Source: Azolla caroliniana
Taxonomy: Eukaryota > Plantae > Polypodiophyta
NCBI GenBank assembly: GCA_043228905.1
Contig: JBHGNT010000130.1
Coordinates: 1-64,000 of the forward strand
Direction of reading: 5' to 3'
DNA length: 64,000 bases
Every line of letters begins with the position of its first letter. Position 1 is the stretch's first letter. The translations under genes and the position numbers were made by a program. A model generated the notes under the pieces. It saw nothing but the letters and a program-made list of their open reading frames with translations, made no database searches and was not told the DNA's origin. Positions 1-12,736 of this stretch are shown here, one piece after another.

Positions 1-308
1 ATACTTCTGTAACTGGTGTTGTTCACCTTGATTATAATCAAGGTGCACCGAAGTATTTATACAAGAATGTGGTGGTATGCATGTAAGCTATGAAACATCT
101 AGAGAATGCATGGAAACTTCTAGAGAGTGCATGTCTATGCATTCTCTAGAAGTTTCTTGAAAGTTCTAGTGATTAACTTACAATGTAATAAGTTGAAACT
201 TATACGATATAATAATGCATAGATGGAATGCAACTCAATTGGTAAGGTTGCCCAATAAGACCAAGAGTTCATGGGTTCAACCCCCTACATTCCATCATGT
301 CTATGACA
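1..308 (-). mobile_element. 3' LTR (truncated by window start) of a chromovirus-type Ty3/gypsy element
   Basis: On the minus strand a purine tract (AGAGGGAGGATAA) precedes TGTCATAGAC at 308. The full copy at 40509-40959 has TGTCACAGAC...GTCTATGACA inverted ends. Confidence 0.85.
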
Positions 309-2399
309 TTATCCTCCCTCTAAGGCCGCCTCCTGGGACTCACGGTTGGCTTATGTGGGTATCGTCGATGAAAATCACAAATGGCCTCCAAAATGGGGTA
401 CCTTTTCCATAAGACCAAATATTGGAGCTGTCAACGATGATATCGAGAGTCGAGGATTTGGTCAACCTCATATTCTTCGCCCGTCGACAATTCCACAAGT
501 GGCGGTGGAGGAGGGTGTCGTTCTGGAATTCGAGAAGGATGGTAGAGTTCGAGGAGGGAAACGTGAAAAACATCGTGAATCCTGAATGTTGGAGGAAATG
601 CTAACCGGAAGGCGATTGGGTTGATCCGCTCGATGATACAAAAGGGGCCTAGTCTTTTGTAGTCCAATTTTGCACAAGGACGTGTGGTGGCGATGTGACG
701 ACGTAACACCCAAACCATGTCCCCGATTGCAAATGTCAGTGGAGTTAAGCGATGTCGGTCCGCTTGATCGTTATAGTGGTCACCAGCAACATGGAGCTCC
801 AAGGAGAGGTCACGATGGAGATCGTGCAAAGCGTGGGCACACGTCTCTGCCGAAGGATTGACCGAAGTTGCAGGTATGGAAATGTTGAAACGAGGGTGAA
901 ATGCATAGTTTGCAAAGAAGGGGGAAACCTTGGTCGAATCATGGATACTATTATTGTAAACAAATTGCGCCATTGTAAGGAAGTCCACCCAATCCTCCTG
1001 TTGGTAGCTCACGGTACACCGAAGATATTGTTCAAGGATTTGGTTGACTTGCTCTGTTTGTTCATCAGTTTGAGGATGCTATGCTAAGGACAAGTTGACA
1101 AAAGTCCCAAATGTTTGTAGAAGTCGTCACCAACTGTGGGAAATGAATTGAGGACCTCGATCAGACGTGATATCCTCGGGTAAGTCGTATAATCGAACAA
1201 CGTTTTTAAGAAAAAGATCAACAGTCTCTTCCCCGGAAATGGTTTTGGAACATGGAACAAAGTAAGCCATCTTTGAAAAGCGATCGACAATGACTAGCAC
1301 CGTATCATGTCCACCAACCACAAGGAGGTCGGTGATAAAGTCCATGGATAGAGAGACCCATGGTCGACATGGAATGGGGAGCGGGTGGAGAAGACCATAT
1401 GGCCGATGGTGAGGCGTTTTGGACCGAGCACATACATCACATGTCTTGATAAATTCCTTGACAAATTTCCAAGGTTGGGGCCACCAAAACCCTCGAGATA
1501 GCAATTCCAAGGTTTTCGTAACCCCAAAGTGGTCGACAAGAGGATCATCATGACAGTTTTGTAGAACCCATGTACGACATGATCCTTCGGGAACGTACAA
1601 GAGATGATTACGATATAGTAACCCATCCTGGGTTGTAAATTGGTTGAGATATGAGCTTTTCATGTCCGAAGATGGGTCATTAATGCGGCCCATGATTTCT
1701 TTGGGGAATGGGTCTGACACGGTTGTCGTGGAAATCTCGTTGAGCAAAGAATCATCATGTAACATGCAGGTGGCGAACATCTGAAGTTGATCGGGCCGCA
1801 ACAAACAATGGGATTGTTTTGAATATGCATCATCAACTAGGCGCAATGCAAAATCAAGTCGTCAAGAGAGGACATCAGCTTTCCCATGTTGAACTCCGGG
1901 TCGAAACAAGATCTCAAAGTCGCAATCGGCGAGAAAAGATGACCATCAGGCTTGCCTCCAATTCAATGTATGACTGGTGGTGAAGTAAATTAGATTTTTA
2001 TGGTCGGTCAACACTTGGATGCGATGTTGGGCCCCAGCCAAATAGGGTCGCCATTCGGTGAAGGCTGATATGATTGCTGCCAACTCCTTGTTGTAGACTA
2101 GATAATTGATTTCCGGGGTGGTAAACTTCCAAGAGTAGAAGGCAACAGGACATAGTGTGCCCTCGTCGTTTGGTTGGGATAGGACAGTTCCAATGGCAAA
2201 GTCAGAGGCATCAGTTTTGACTTGGAAGGGCCTTGTGGGGTCAGGGTGAACCAACCTTGAGGGCATCAAAAGCACGTTGCACCGCAGAGGTCCAACGAAA
2301 TGGAGTATGTTTTCTTGTAAGGATGATTAGAGGTTGTACTAAAGATGAAAAACGATTGATAAATCGTCGATAGAAATTTGCAAAACCAAGAAATGATTG
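309..2399 (-). pseudogene. Degenerate Ty3/gypsy pol (RNase H, integrase, chromodomain)
   Basis: ORF fragments contain TDASDFAIG, LTDHKNL, an integrase zinc finger, SMDFITDL, SDRGPQF, LGPF and a chromodomain start EYEVDQILDSR. Broken by stops and frameshifts. Confidence 0.92.
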
Positions 2400-3662
2400 G
2401 AGACAGTAATGAAGGTATTCCAAGATTGTTCATTACACATTTGGAACGAGAAAAGTATGAAAAAAGAATGACAAAACGAAAGGAATTGGAAGTGCCTAAA
2501 GGTTTAGAGACAGTGAAAAGTTTCCTACACAGATCTGACCCTTTCTGACAACTACATTAAACACTGTGTTCAACGAGGAAGTGGGTAATATGCTAAACAT
2601 ATTACCCAAGAGGCACTATACTTTACTGATTGCTAACATTCCATACGGATTCCAGATCATGGGATCAATGTACGATAATGTGCCATACAAATATCTTCCA
2701 TGTAAAGAAAATGGTGAAAGACATTGCCGAGTTGACCCTTGCACCTTTATGGAGACTCATAATATTCCATAGCATGGGCCAATTATTGCCTGTCACAATA
2801 GCTTTAAAGTCAAGATGTCACGCAACAGAACATATGCATTGGTAAGCAACAAGGTATTTTGATTTACTATTATAAATGTTGTTTTAATATGTTGCAAATT
2901 GTATTCTTAAAACAATCGTATGATGTTAATAGGATTGAAACTAATATCACACATACTCTGGGTGATCGAGTGGTTAGTGGGGTTGAACATCTTTGTGTGG
3001 GGTGGTACGATGTAATTACGAAGAAGAAGGCTTGGGCACATTTCAATGAAAGAAATGTTGTAAACTACATCATGTGCCTAGTGGTAACAAAGAAGTTATG
3101 TCATGTATCTGGCGATATGAGCCTGGTGAACCAATATTAAACACCACAAAAACTAATGAACCGCCTAATCGAGTTGTTTTCAAACCCAAATGATTGGGTT
3201 TTAGATTTGTTTTTTGGCACAAGTATAGAATATAAAACGTGTCACATCAACTTAGATTAACGTATAGTCAATTCTTCAGTATGATGTCACATGTGCAATT
3301 TCATTCTACTGTCAAGTAGTACTACAACATGTGCCTTAAAGATGTTCAGGAACTCTGTTGCATTAGAGAAGAACCCTGCGCAGGTTAATTTCATCAAAAT
3401 GAGGATCCAAGGTATCTAGCACTATCTTGATCAAGACTAAGAAGTTGGGGAAAACCATATCAATGAAACTAAGATGTTTCAAATGACTTCTAGAGAACCT
3501 ATGGAACCTGTAGATGAAGAAGCGGGGGATCTTGTTGAATTAGAATACGTGTTAGAGTCTGAACATACTAACGATTCAACTGAGTGTACCAACGAACTAG
3601 CCAATGAGGACAATCCTGATGAAAGAGCTAATCTTGAAGAGGTAGCTTATGTGTTGGATTGA
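2400..3662 (+). pseudogene. Intron-containing beta-class N6-A/N4-C DNA methyltransferase pseudogene (unit A copy, 3' part)
   Basis: VFNEEVGNMLNILPKRHYTLLIANIPYG is motif IV-like (NIPY at 2635-2646). Downstream NQY*TPQKLMNRLIELFSNPNDWVLDLFFGT / STTTCALKMFRNSVALEKNP matches motifs X, I and II. Introns at 2842-2932 (GT-AG) and ~3223-3315; acidic tail. Confidence 0.8.
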
Positions 3663-4291
3663 ATGCATATGGCTTATTGTAAAATTTGAAAAATATGAAT
3701 TGTTAACTTTTGACGTAATATATAAGTTGATCTTATTTATAATTTTTGTGTAACACGCAATGAAATTAGAGATTAAATATAATTTGTATGTGTACATGTT
3801 GTCTAAAGTCTCCTTTATCGTATGCGGTATATGGGAGATAAAATTATAGTCTATCATTTACTCGTATGATTAGAATGATATTGTAGACTAGTTTATTTAT
3901 ACATTGACGGTGTTATGTATCACATGTCAATGGAATTTTTCTCTCCACATAGTAGTATCTCTTAATTGCAAGGTTCACAATTTGCTTTAAGATATATTAT
4001 ATATAAATATACGCACATAATTAGAAGAAATCACTTATTTAGTGGGTTATGCTTTTTAGAATATGCACAACGTGTTACTATTATACTTGCGTTGACGACT
4101 ATACCCTTGTCAAAGATTTGGACAAAAACATAGAATGTTTGTTGAATAATTTTGTTGTCGTGATATTAGTTAGTTCTATTTTTCGCTATGTTTTCATAAA
4201 CCACATACGCATGCATCGTGCATTTTTTAAATTCTGCTTAAATAAGGCATGTTTTAACATCTCACTAAGATATGAAAAAAAAAGAATGTGA

Positions 4292-4321
4292 CATATTACC
4301 TGTTTCAAATGACCCGGTGTT
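4292..4321. mobile_element. Right TIR of the methyltransferase-carrying DNA transposon (unit A copy), followed by TSD AACT
   Basis: CATATTACCTGTTTCAAATGACCCGGTGTT is the reverse complement (27/30) of 33996-34025. Confidence 0.85.
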
Positions 4322-7300
4322 AACTATGTCTGTCCCTAAAGTAGCACCTCACTCACCTTGTCAACCAAGATTCAATGGAAAGTGACTAACATGAAACTTC
4401 CATTTCACAATCTCATATAAACTCAGCAAGCAATTAACATGTAGTTTCAATGTCACAATCTAGTGCATATAGGTAAATACTCCTCTCTTTGTAATCTAGG
4501 AATTACTAAATATGTATTTACTGTTTGTAGATTGAGAGAAAAAGAAAACGTCTTGAAAATGTGTTCAAATGTGGTTAAGAAATTAAAAAGAAGTTCTTGC
4601 AACAACAATATGGTGGAGGTTACCCTTTTGCCTAAAAGTTATTGCCATAGCCTACACAGAAGGACAAGATAAACTTTCTAGCACACTAATACACAAAAGT
4701 CTTGGCCGGCTCTCTTGGAAGTCTTGCACCAAACCCTTCGCTCTAGAATCACAATTGGGAGGTGAGGAAGAAGTGGCCGAACAATTGTAATTCCTGTAGT
4801 AAAACTATAGACAACAAAGAAAAAGAAACAAAACAGAGACAACTCACAAAATCATTTAGTGGCATACCCAAAAAATTGATTTGGCCTTTTACACTATGTA
4901 TCATACACAATCATGATTTGACTACTTTCGATATTCCATGGAAAACCATGTACTAACGTCTACATTAACTATAATTGTATTGTTGCCCTCTGAGTTATCC
5001 ATACACATCTAAGTTGGTGTCACACCTCAAGGTACTAAACCTAACCCCCAAGAATTTAGTTGGATTATGGTCTTGTTGTAGCCTCTTATCAACTTATTTT
5101 CTTGGAGTTTTTCGTATGTTATTCTATGGTTTTATCTTGATTCGGATTGTACCCAAGTCTCTTGTGAGGTTTGTCATTCATGGTAGGCTCATATGTTGTA
5201 AATCCACTTGTGGGAGAATCCCTTTCATACATGATGTGTTTCATTCAATACACACGATGAAATGCATGTCATAAAAACTTAACTTTGCAAAACACCTTTT
5301 TTGCTAGCATAGATAGGAAGAGAAAACAATATACTAGTAACTACATAGAAAGTGAGAAAATTCAATGAAGAAAAAACTATGTTTCATAAATGGAGTAAAG
5401 GCAATGGATACGAAGGAAAATTGCTCCTAAATGAATAAAAAGAGAGAGATAGTGATTTTCTTGAAAATGAACTTTACCAACACATATATTGTAGCTCATT
5501 GCACACGTAAAGAGCCACACGCAACCTATAAAAGAGCAGGTAGGTAACATCCAAAAGAGCAGTTTACCTAATTGGATTCATCTTCCAAAAGTACAAGGGT
5601 TCAACTGATGCTCAAAGAAAACGTCAAGTGGACTTTAAGAAATGGTGGCGAGGGCTTCACTTATTTTCAGATACAACTTTTGGTATGAAGTGCAATTATG
5701 TCATACCTTCTTTTTTATTGCATAGCTTGTAGATTGTGCTCCATTCATTTCTTATATGATATCATCTGTTTGATCAGATGTTGGTATCAGCTTTTTTATT
5801 ACAATAGAGCTGAGATGAAATGTCTCCTTCTGTTTTCTATATGTACATTTCTCAAGTAATATACTAAGGCGTATCTATCTTGGGGGAAAAAAATCCAAGA
5901 TTGTGGAATATACATAGTGTACGAGGTGCAATTTTATGGTGGACATTGCCAAGAGATTGAGTTCTTCCCTGTCATCATTGATCATGCCTTCAGGTCTCTT
6001 GGCTTCACCACTCGGTGACCGTAATTTGTTTCTTTCAATCAGAACATCTCTCATCTACTTCTTTGACAAAGCAAAATTGGATCCGTCAAACTTGCGAATC
6101 TCAAGGTGGTGTTTTCTACTAATAGAGTGATTTCTATAGGCCCTAAAGGAACCACCACGTGAGGTATTCGAAACCTCAAACATTTCGAAGCCATTATATG
6201 GTAATGACACTTAGTGAATTGCAGCCTTAAGCACCTAAGAATAGTTGGGATGCTTCTTGCTAGTTGATTTCAAGCACAACTTTCACCATGAGCAAAAATG
6301 ATGTACAGAACAATCAGCATGGGCCGAAAAAGGAACTCTGTATGTTCCTAGAGTAACACTTCACTCATATGTTAGCCAAGGATCATTGGAAAGTGACTAA
6401 CACGAAACTTCCATTTCACAATCTCACATTAAGTCAATAACCATTTAACATGTAGTCTCTATGTCACAATCTAGTGCACATAGCCGAATACTTCCTCTTT
6501 TTGTAATCTAGGAATCAGTAAATATGTATTTACTATATGTAGATTGAGAGAAAAAAAAACTCTTGAAAATGTGTTGAAATGTGGCTGAGAAATTAAAAAT
6601 AAGTTCTTCTAACAACAAGAATGTGGTGGAGGTCACCTCACTTGCCTAAAAGTTATTGCAGCATCCTACACATAGAAGGAAAAGATACAATTTCTACCAC
6701 CTTGATACACAGAAGTCATGCACCAACCTCTGCCACCATCGTGGGGGGTTGAGGAGGAAGTGACCGAGCAGTTGTTATTCTTGCAATACAACAATAGACA
6801 ACTGAGAACAAGAAACAAAACGGACATGACTCACAAAATCTTTTAGCGGGATACCCAACAAAACCGATTTGACCTTTCACATTGTATCATACACAATTAT
6901 TGGAAATATAATATGATCAAAATCACGTATTATGAGCCTTCTCGGCTTAATTATAAAAGAAGATAATTTAATGCCAGAAGGGTAATAATTATGTAATATT
7001 GTTTCTTAGTGTAGTGGTTTCCAAAAACATGTCAAAAGTGGATTCCCATTTCTCTCTATGGAGAGTTTATTGTGCAACTCTATCTCATGAGTTGTCTACT
7101 TTGGATATTCCATTGAAAACCATGTACTAAGTTGGTTGTATTGTAGCCCTCTAGGTTGTGCGTACACATCTAAGTTTGGCGCACATCTCAAGGTACTAAA
7201 CGTAACCCACAACTATTTAGTTGGATTATGGTCTTATTGTAGGCTCTTCTCATCTTATTTTCTTCTGTTACAGTAAGTTATTCTATGGTTTTATCGTGTC

Positions 7301-7660
7301 TCTTGCGAGGTTTGTCATCCACGATAGGTTTATATGTTGTAAATCCACTTGTGGGAGAATCCCTTTCATACATGATTTGTTTATATACGCACAATGCAAT
7401 GCATGTTATAAAAACTTAACTTTGCAAAACCCATTTTTAGTTGGCAGAAATGTAAGAGAAAACAATATACATAATACTACATGAAAAGACACAAAGTCAA
7501 AGTAGAAGAAGAAATTATGTTCATAAATAGATCAAAGTAAATGGATAAGGAAAACTATTCCTAAATGAATGGAACAGAGAGAGATAATGATGGCAATAGT
7601 GTTTGTCTTCGAAATGAACTTATAAAAGCCACACGCAACTTATAAAAGAGCAGGTATGAA
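4322..7660 (+). repeat. Older diverged direct duplication of the P450 upstream region (4322-5560 vs ~6335-7660)
   Basis: Collinear shared blocks include ggaaagtgactaac, aaatccacttgtgggagaatccctttcatacatgat and gccacacgcaacYtataaaagagcaggta. Repeated in unit B at ~45714-49050. Confidence 0.85.
7621..7648 (+). promoter_or_regulatory. Candidate TATA boxes of the P450 gene
   Basis: TATAAAAG at 7621 and 7641, followed by a (GA)n leader and the ATG at 7715. Confidence 0.5.
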
Positions 7661-7714
7661 GCTAACCTATGTATCAATAGCCAGAGAGAGAGAGAGAGGA
7701 AGAGAGAGAGGGGG

Positions 7715-9501
7715 ATGGAAGAGTGGTGGTCATTATGGGCACTCCTATTTCTGGGCATCCTGGGATGGGTGCTCGTATTGCAGTATGTCCACCAAACCAG
7801 CCTTCTAAACAGCATATGGAAGATGAAGAGGAGGAGCAGTCCTGAGCTCCTCCTTATACCTCCTCCTCTTCCATCACCTCCAGGGCGCTTACCTCTCCTA
7901 GGACATCTACACCACTTACTTTTGTCCGGAAAACCTCTACACCTATGGCTCCATCACCTGTCCACACAATATGGCCCCATCCTCTCCTTCCAATTGGGCT
8001 CTATCCCCTTCCTCCTAGTCTCGTCTCCCGACATGGCCCGCCTCGTCTTGCATACCCATGACCTTACATTCGCTTCGCGCCCCTATTCTTCGGCATCCGC
8101 CGCTGCCCGATTTACCTACAACCGCAGTAGCCTTTCGTACACTCCATATGGCCCGTATTGGCGCAAGGTAATATAAATTCTCACCAATAAGATCATGATC
8201 TCGTTTTTCCTTACTATAGAGAAAACGTGGGAATGTTTAATTTCTCATTGCAGGTGAAGGGGTTGTACATGACTAAGCTTTTCAATATGCAAAGATTGCA
8301 ATGCTTCAAGCCAATTCGAATGGATGAGATGGTGGGTCTCATTCGTTCCGTGTGCGAGGATGTCGCGATTGCTCAAAACATGCGCACAAAGTTACAAGTG
8401 TGGGCCTGCAATCTCATCTCCAGAATGACAATGGGAAAGAACCTCAATAACATTTCTATGATCACCAAAGTGCATGGCCCGATGCTTCTGGAGGCTATCT
8501 GCAAATCATTGATCCTCATCGGCCGCCCTAATTTTAATGAACTTATGCCGTTTTTGAAATGTCTCGACATACAAGATCTCGAACGGCGTACCAATGAATC
8601 ATTTGAGAAGATCGACACCATATTTCAAAGAGTCATAGATGATCGGCGAAATATCGGCCCTCACGGTTATGAAAATGATATTCTCGACATTCTAATGGCC
8701 TTTCAAGGAGATAAGAATGCAATGTCTAATGGTATTAGTTCGGATGATGATATCATCAAAGCCATACTATGGGTAACTAACTATGTATATGGAGTTTCCT
8801 TCATTTCCTGTGTTTTCTTCATTTCAATTTATCAGAATAGTGATGGTAATATTTCTAACTGGCAGGACTTGTTTACGGGTGGGATGGAAACATCCAGTGT
8901 AGTTGTGGAGTGGGGATTAGCCGAACTAATGCGGCACCCCGAAGTAACAAGGAGACTACAAGACGAGCTGGATCGTGTCATTGGAAAGGATAGGCTGATG
9001 AGTGAAGAAGACATATCCAATCTTCCATACCTCCAAGCAACTGTGAAGGAGGTAATGAGGGTGCATCCTGTGGCACCATTGCTAGTCCCCCATGAATCAA
9101 CGCAGGCATGTGAAGTTGCTGGATTCTATGTGCCGGAGAAGACCAGATTACTTGTGAGCAATTGGTCTCTCTCAATGGATCCCAACTCTTGGGAGGAGCC
9201 ACAGGAGTTTCGGCCCCAACGATTTCTGAATTCGGACATAGATGTGAAAGGTCACCATTTCCAACTGTTGCCATTTGGGGCGGGCCGGCGAGCCTGCCCT
9301 GCCATGAATCTTGGCCTCCTCAATGTCCACCTCATCTTAGGTTCCTTGGTTCATTCCTTCGAATGGACATTACCCGTGGGCATCCAAGAAGTAGATATGA
9401 GCGAAACATTTGGCTTGTCACTCCACAAAACCAACCCTTTGGTTTTGGCAGCATCGCCAAGGTTATCTAAGGATGCATATGTATCCCCAACAAATCATTA
9501 G
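7715..9501 (+). CDS. Cytochrome P450, CYP71 clan (A-type). Exons 7715-8167, 8254-8772, 8866-9501; 535 aa
   Basis: N-terminal TM helix, PPP hinge, WRK, I-helix GGMETSS, EVMR (ExxR), PQRF and heme motif PFGAGRRACPA. Two phase-0 GT-AG introns of 86 and 93 nt. Confidence 0.95.
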
Positions 9502-10241
9502 ATGCATATTGAGAGGAGTTTAGATCCGAGGGTGTGACTAATAACGAAACTACTAAAGAACATGTTATTGTGTATCGGGCAGTTCGTCACACATTCGACA
9601 TCGCGTTTTCTGTAAAGGTGCATACAAAGGAGATAATCTTTGTCGAGGAGTGTACCTCTTTGTTTTCTAAACATTGTGGGGTGGAAATTGTGGAGTAGTT
9701 TAAAATTTAAGGTTAGAGCTCTAGGACACTACAAGGGACACATTTGACAAAAAGTTGGTAACTCCAAACATTTCAAATGTGACCAATGTTTCGTGTGCCA
9801 TAGATACATAGAATTGTAAAAACATACATGTATACATACCTTCACGCACACACACACACACACATATCTATGCATATGCATCTACATATAAACATATCAG
9901 CGTACGACATACCTACCTACATACGTAACTGCATACATATGCATGCTTCTAATCACACATGTTTCTTGGTAGTACCTTTTGGGCCAGGTTGAGATAGACC
10001 TTGGTGTTGGCCCCATTGATGAGCCCTAGTTTGTTTTGGGAATCTCTCTTAGTGGGGGAAAGAACATGGATTAAAGGTACCATACCTCCATATGAACATC
10101 ACATCTTGAGCACCTAATTAAAACGCTTCAAGAAACATTCATATGAATGAAACGATGTTAAAACATTTGAATGAAATGTTGGATGCTTTGCCTTGACCAC
10201 CACACTTGTCCAACTAGTAGCGAGGGATATATGTGGTTCCT

Positions 10242-10563
10242 TAGTAACACCATCCTATTCCAAATTGAATACTTCTTAATGTCCACAATTGACTTTATTC
10301 ATTTAAAAATGAGTATCGTTCTAAATACAAAATGTTATAATGGCCAATCATAAACATGTAGCAAACCAACTAGATTTACCCTTAAAGCATTCCAATAAGA
10401 TAGTAACACCATCCTATTCCAAATTGTATACTTCTTAATGTCCACAATTGACTTTATTCATTTCAAAATGATTATCATTCTAAATACAAAATGTCATAAA
10501 GGCCAATCATAAACATGTAGCAAACCAACTAGATCTACCCTTAAAGCATTCCAATCAGATAGT
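10242..10563 (+). repeat. Two-copy ~159-bp tandem repeat (also at ~51631-51952)
   Basis: tagtaacaccatcctattccaaattg...cccttaaagcattccaat occurs twice in tandem. Confidence 0.85.
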
Positions 10564-11933
10564 ACTGGAAATCTTGAAGTCCTAGAATATTCAAAACTTT
10601 GTGCATGTCATGCGTATATGTATATTTGTTCACCTATTTAACAAATATTATAAAAATCTCGAACCATAATATGTAAAGTCGTTTTTTAAAACGGCTTAAA
10701 CCGTGCACTATTAAGCTAACGAAGGTTCATACCAAACCAAATCACCTTAGACCCCTCAAACCACATCGAATTATTTATTTTGTTTTCCAACTTGATTTGA
10801 AACAAACCCAACCATTTAAACCATTAAGCTGTTAAGCCACACTTTACGGGATTCATTTTGCTCAAAGTTGAACCATTGCTAATTGTTATAAAGACATGTA
10901 TCTTAATTTGACATCATTGTTTTGTCCAAAAGAACCTCTTTTATTGTTTAGTTAAAATAAGATAACCATCAGATTTTTTAATTGATCTCAAAAATAAATA
11001 GTTACAAGAACTCACTCAAAAAAAAATTCGGCTCTACAACTCACACTCTTCTATTCATGATCACGTTCACAATGAATATGTTGGATAAGAACATGATAAG
11101 GAATTATCATTATTTTCTCTTGAGTGTTTGATCGGATCGTCAACTAGATCTAGGCACATGCACTCCTCATGTTCGACCTTCCTAACGTCATTCATTCTAT
11201 GCTTTACTTAAAATGCAGAAGTGGTGTGGGTGAAAGCAAGCTATAGTGTACTCACTTTTGGCCAAATTTCTAGTACTTATTTGTTGAATCTAAAAAGCAT
11301 ATAAACTTTAAATTAATCCAAGATTTAGGAATAAAAAGTTGATCATCACTTCTCCTAAAGTTAAAAGTCACATTTAATGAGATTTTTTCTTTCAAATAAA
11401 AATACACTCACACACATCGGTTTACTCTTATGTGTGTGCCCATGTTTCCCCCATAGTCCAATCATGTGCATCTAAGGTTGTTAGTGCATATGTCGTGGTA
11501 CAGTTGTATGGAATTATTATCACTAAAAAGATCTCTCTCTCTCTCTCATTTGGTGAAAACACACAATTATATTAATAAATGTGTGTGGAAACATTACTTA
11601 CAATGGGTGTGACAATGGAATATCATCACCCACTAACTACACTACATGTGTAGTGGAAGATGTTGAATTGCCAATAGGCAAGACGAACAATCCACTGAGG
11701 AAAGAATTTCCACTTGCTCCAATAAAGAAAATTGCCACGTTAGTACTCCCTTCAACTTTTGTAGATATGCTTTCACTCCATGTCTACCATTGAATACAAA
11801 AGTGTTGCGCATATTCCAATTATCACACAATCCCCAATATCTCAGAAATAGAAAAACGATCTCCATCTCTTATTTTGGATCAACCTGTGTAAATTGTGCA
11901 AACACCGACTATCTAGGTGTCAAATAACACCGT

Positions 11934-12736
11934 TGTCGTGCCTTTCGGCTCCGGATCGTTGCGTGAGTCGGGTGGGAACCACAGAGGTCTTGGACTAGGA
12001 GAAAGAAGTTCGTGAGATAGAGATTAATTATGAATAAATAGCGAAGAGAAAGATAAGAAAAATCGTGAATCACACGAGTATACTATATTAATTGGTACTT
12101 AGGGTGTTAAGAGAGAAGTAGATGTATAAATCGTGAATCCCACGAATAATTTTTGTATTGATTAATACTTAATCCAAATAATCAACAACCCTTTACATAT
12201 TTCTCTCCTCCTTATATAAGGAAGGAAGAGCTAAGCATGGCTTCATGCTTTTTTTTTTTTACAAAAAGTGTTCATGTCCACTAAATGTGCATGTGATGCT
12301 TTTTTATTTCCTAAGTATAGGGCTCATGCACGCTAGATGTGCATGAGTTATTTTTTGTGTCTCGTCTTTTTCATATATTAAAAAAATACACGATTTACCT
12401 TTTAATAAAGGTATGCATAAATAAAGGTCTTATACATATTAAATCTATATTTAAAACACTTAAGATAATTTAATGTAATGGTAAGGTTGGGGTTTGTCAA
12501 CGTGGAGGTGTAGAGTTTGAATCACGCCCTGCGCAGTAGTGAGTATTTCCTTTTTTTACATTTATGTCTCTATGCCGTTTTTCCTCCTTGCCGGTATGCC
12601 GTTTTCTTCCTTGCCGGTATGCCGTTTTCCTCCTTGCCAGTATGCCGTTTTCTTCCGGTTCTCACCGAGCACTCCATTCTCTATCCGGAGGGACAAAAAT
12701 ATAATTTCCACATAGTGTGCAACCTACACTACGACA
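11934..12736 (-). repeat. 3' LTR (803 bp)
   Basis: Nearly identical to 18404-19229: about 4 substitutions by eye and one fewer 23-bp tandem unit. Confidence 0.95.

Noticed and set aside
222-296. Functional tRNA gene
   Set aside because: No convincing anticodon arm and it is embedded in LTRs. Reported only as a tRNA-derived module.
2400-3662. Bacterial contamination as the source of the methyltransferase
   Set aside because: It has spliceosomal introns, is nested with plant retroelements and is present in both duplicated units.
8227-9501. 424-aa single-exon P450 ORF
   Set aside because: It starts in intron 1 and reads through intron 2. The real gene has three exons.
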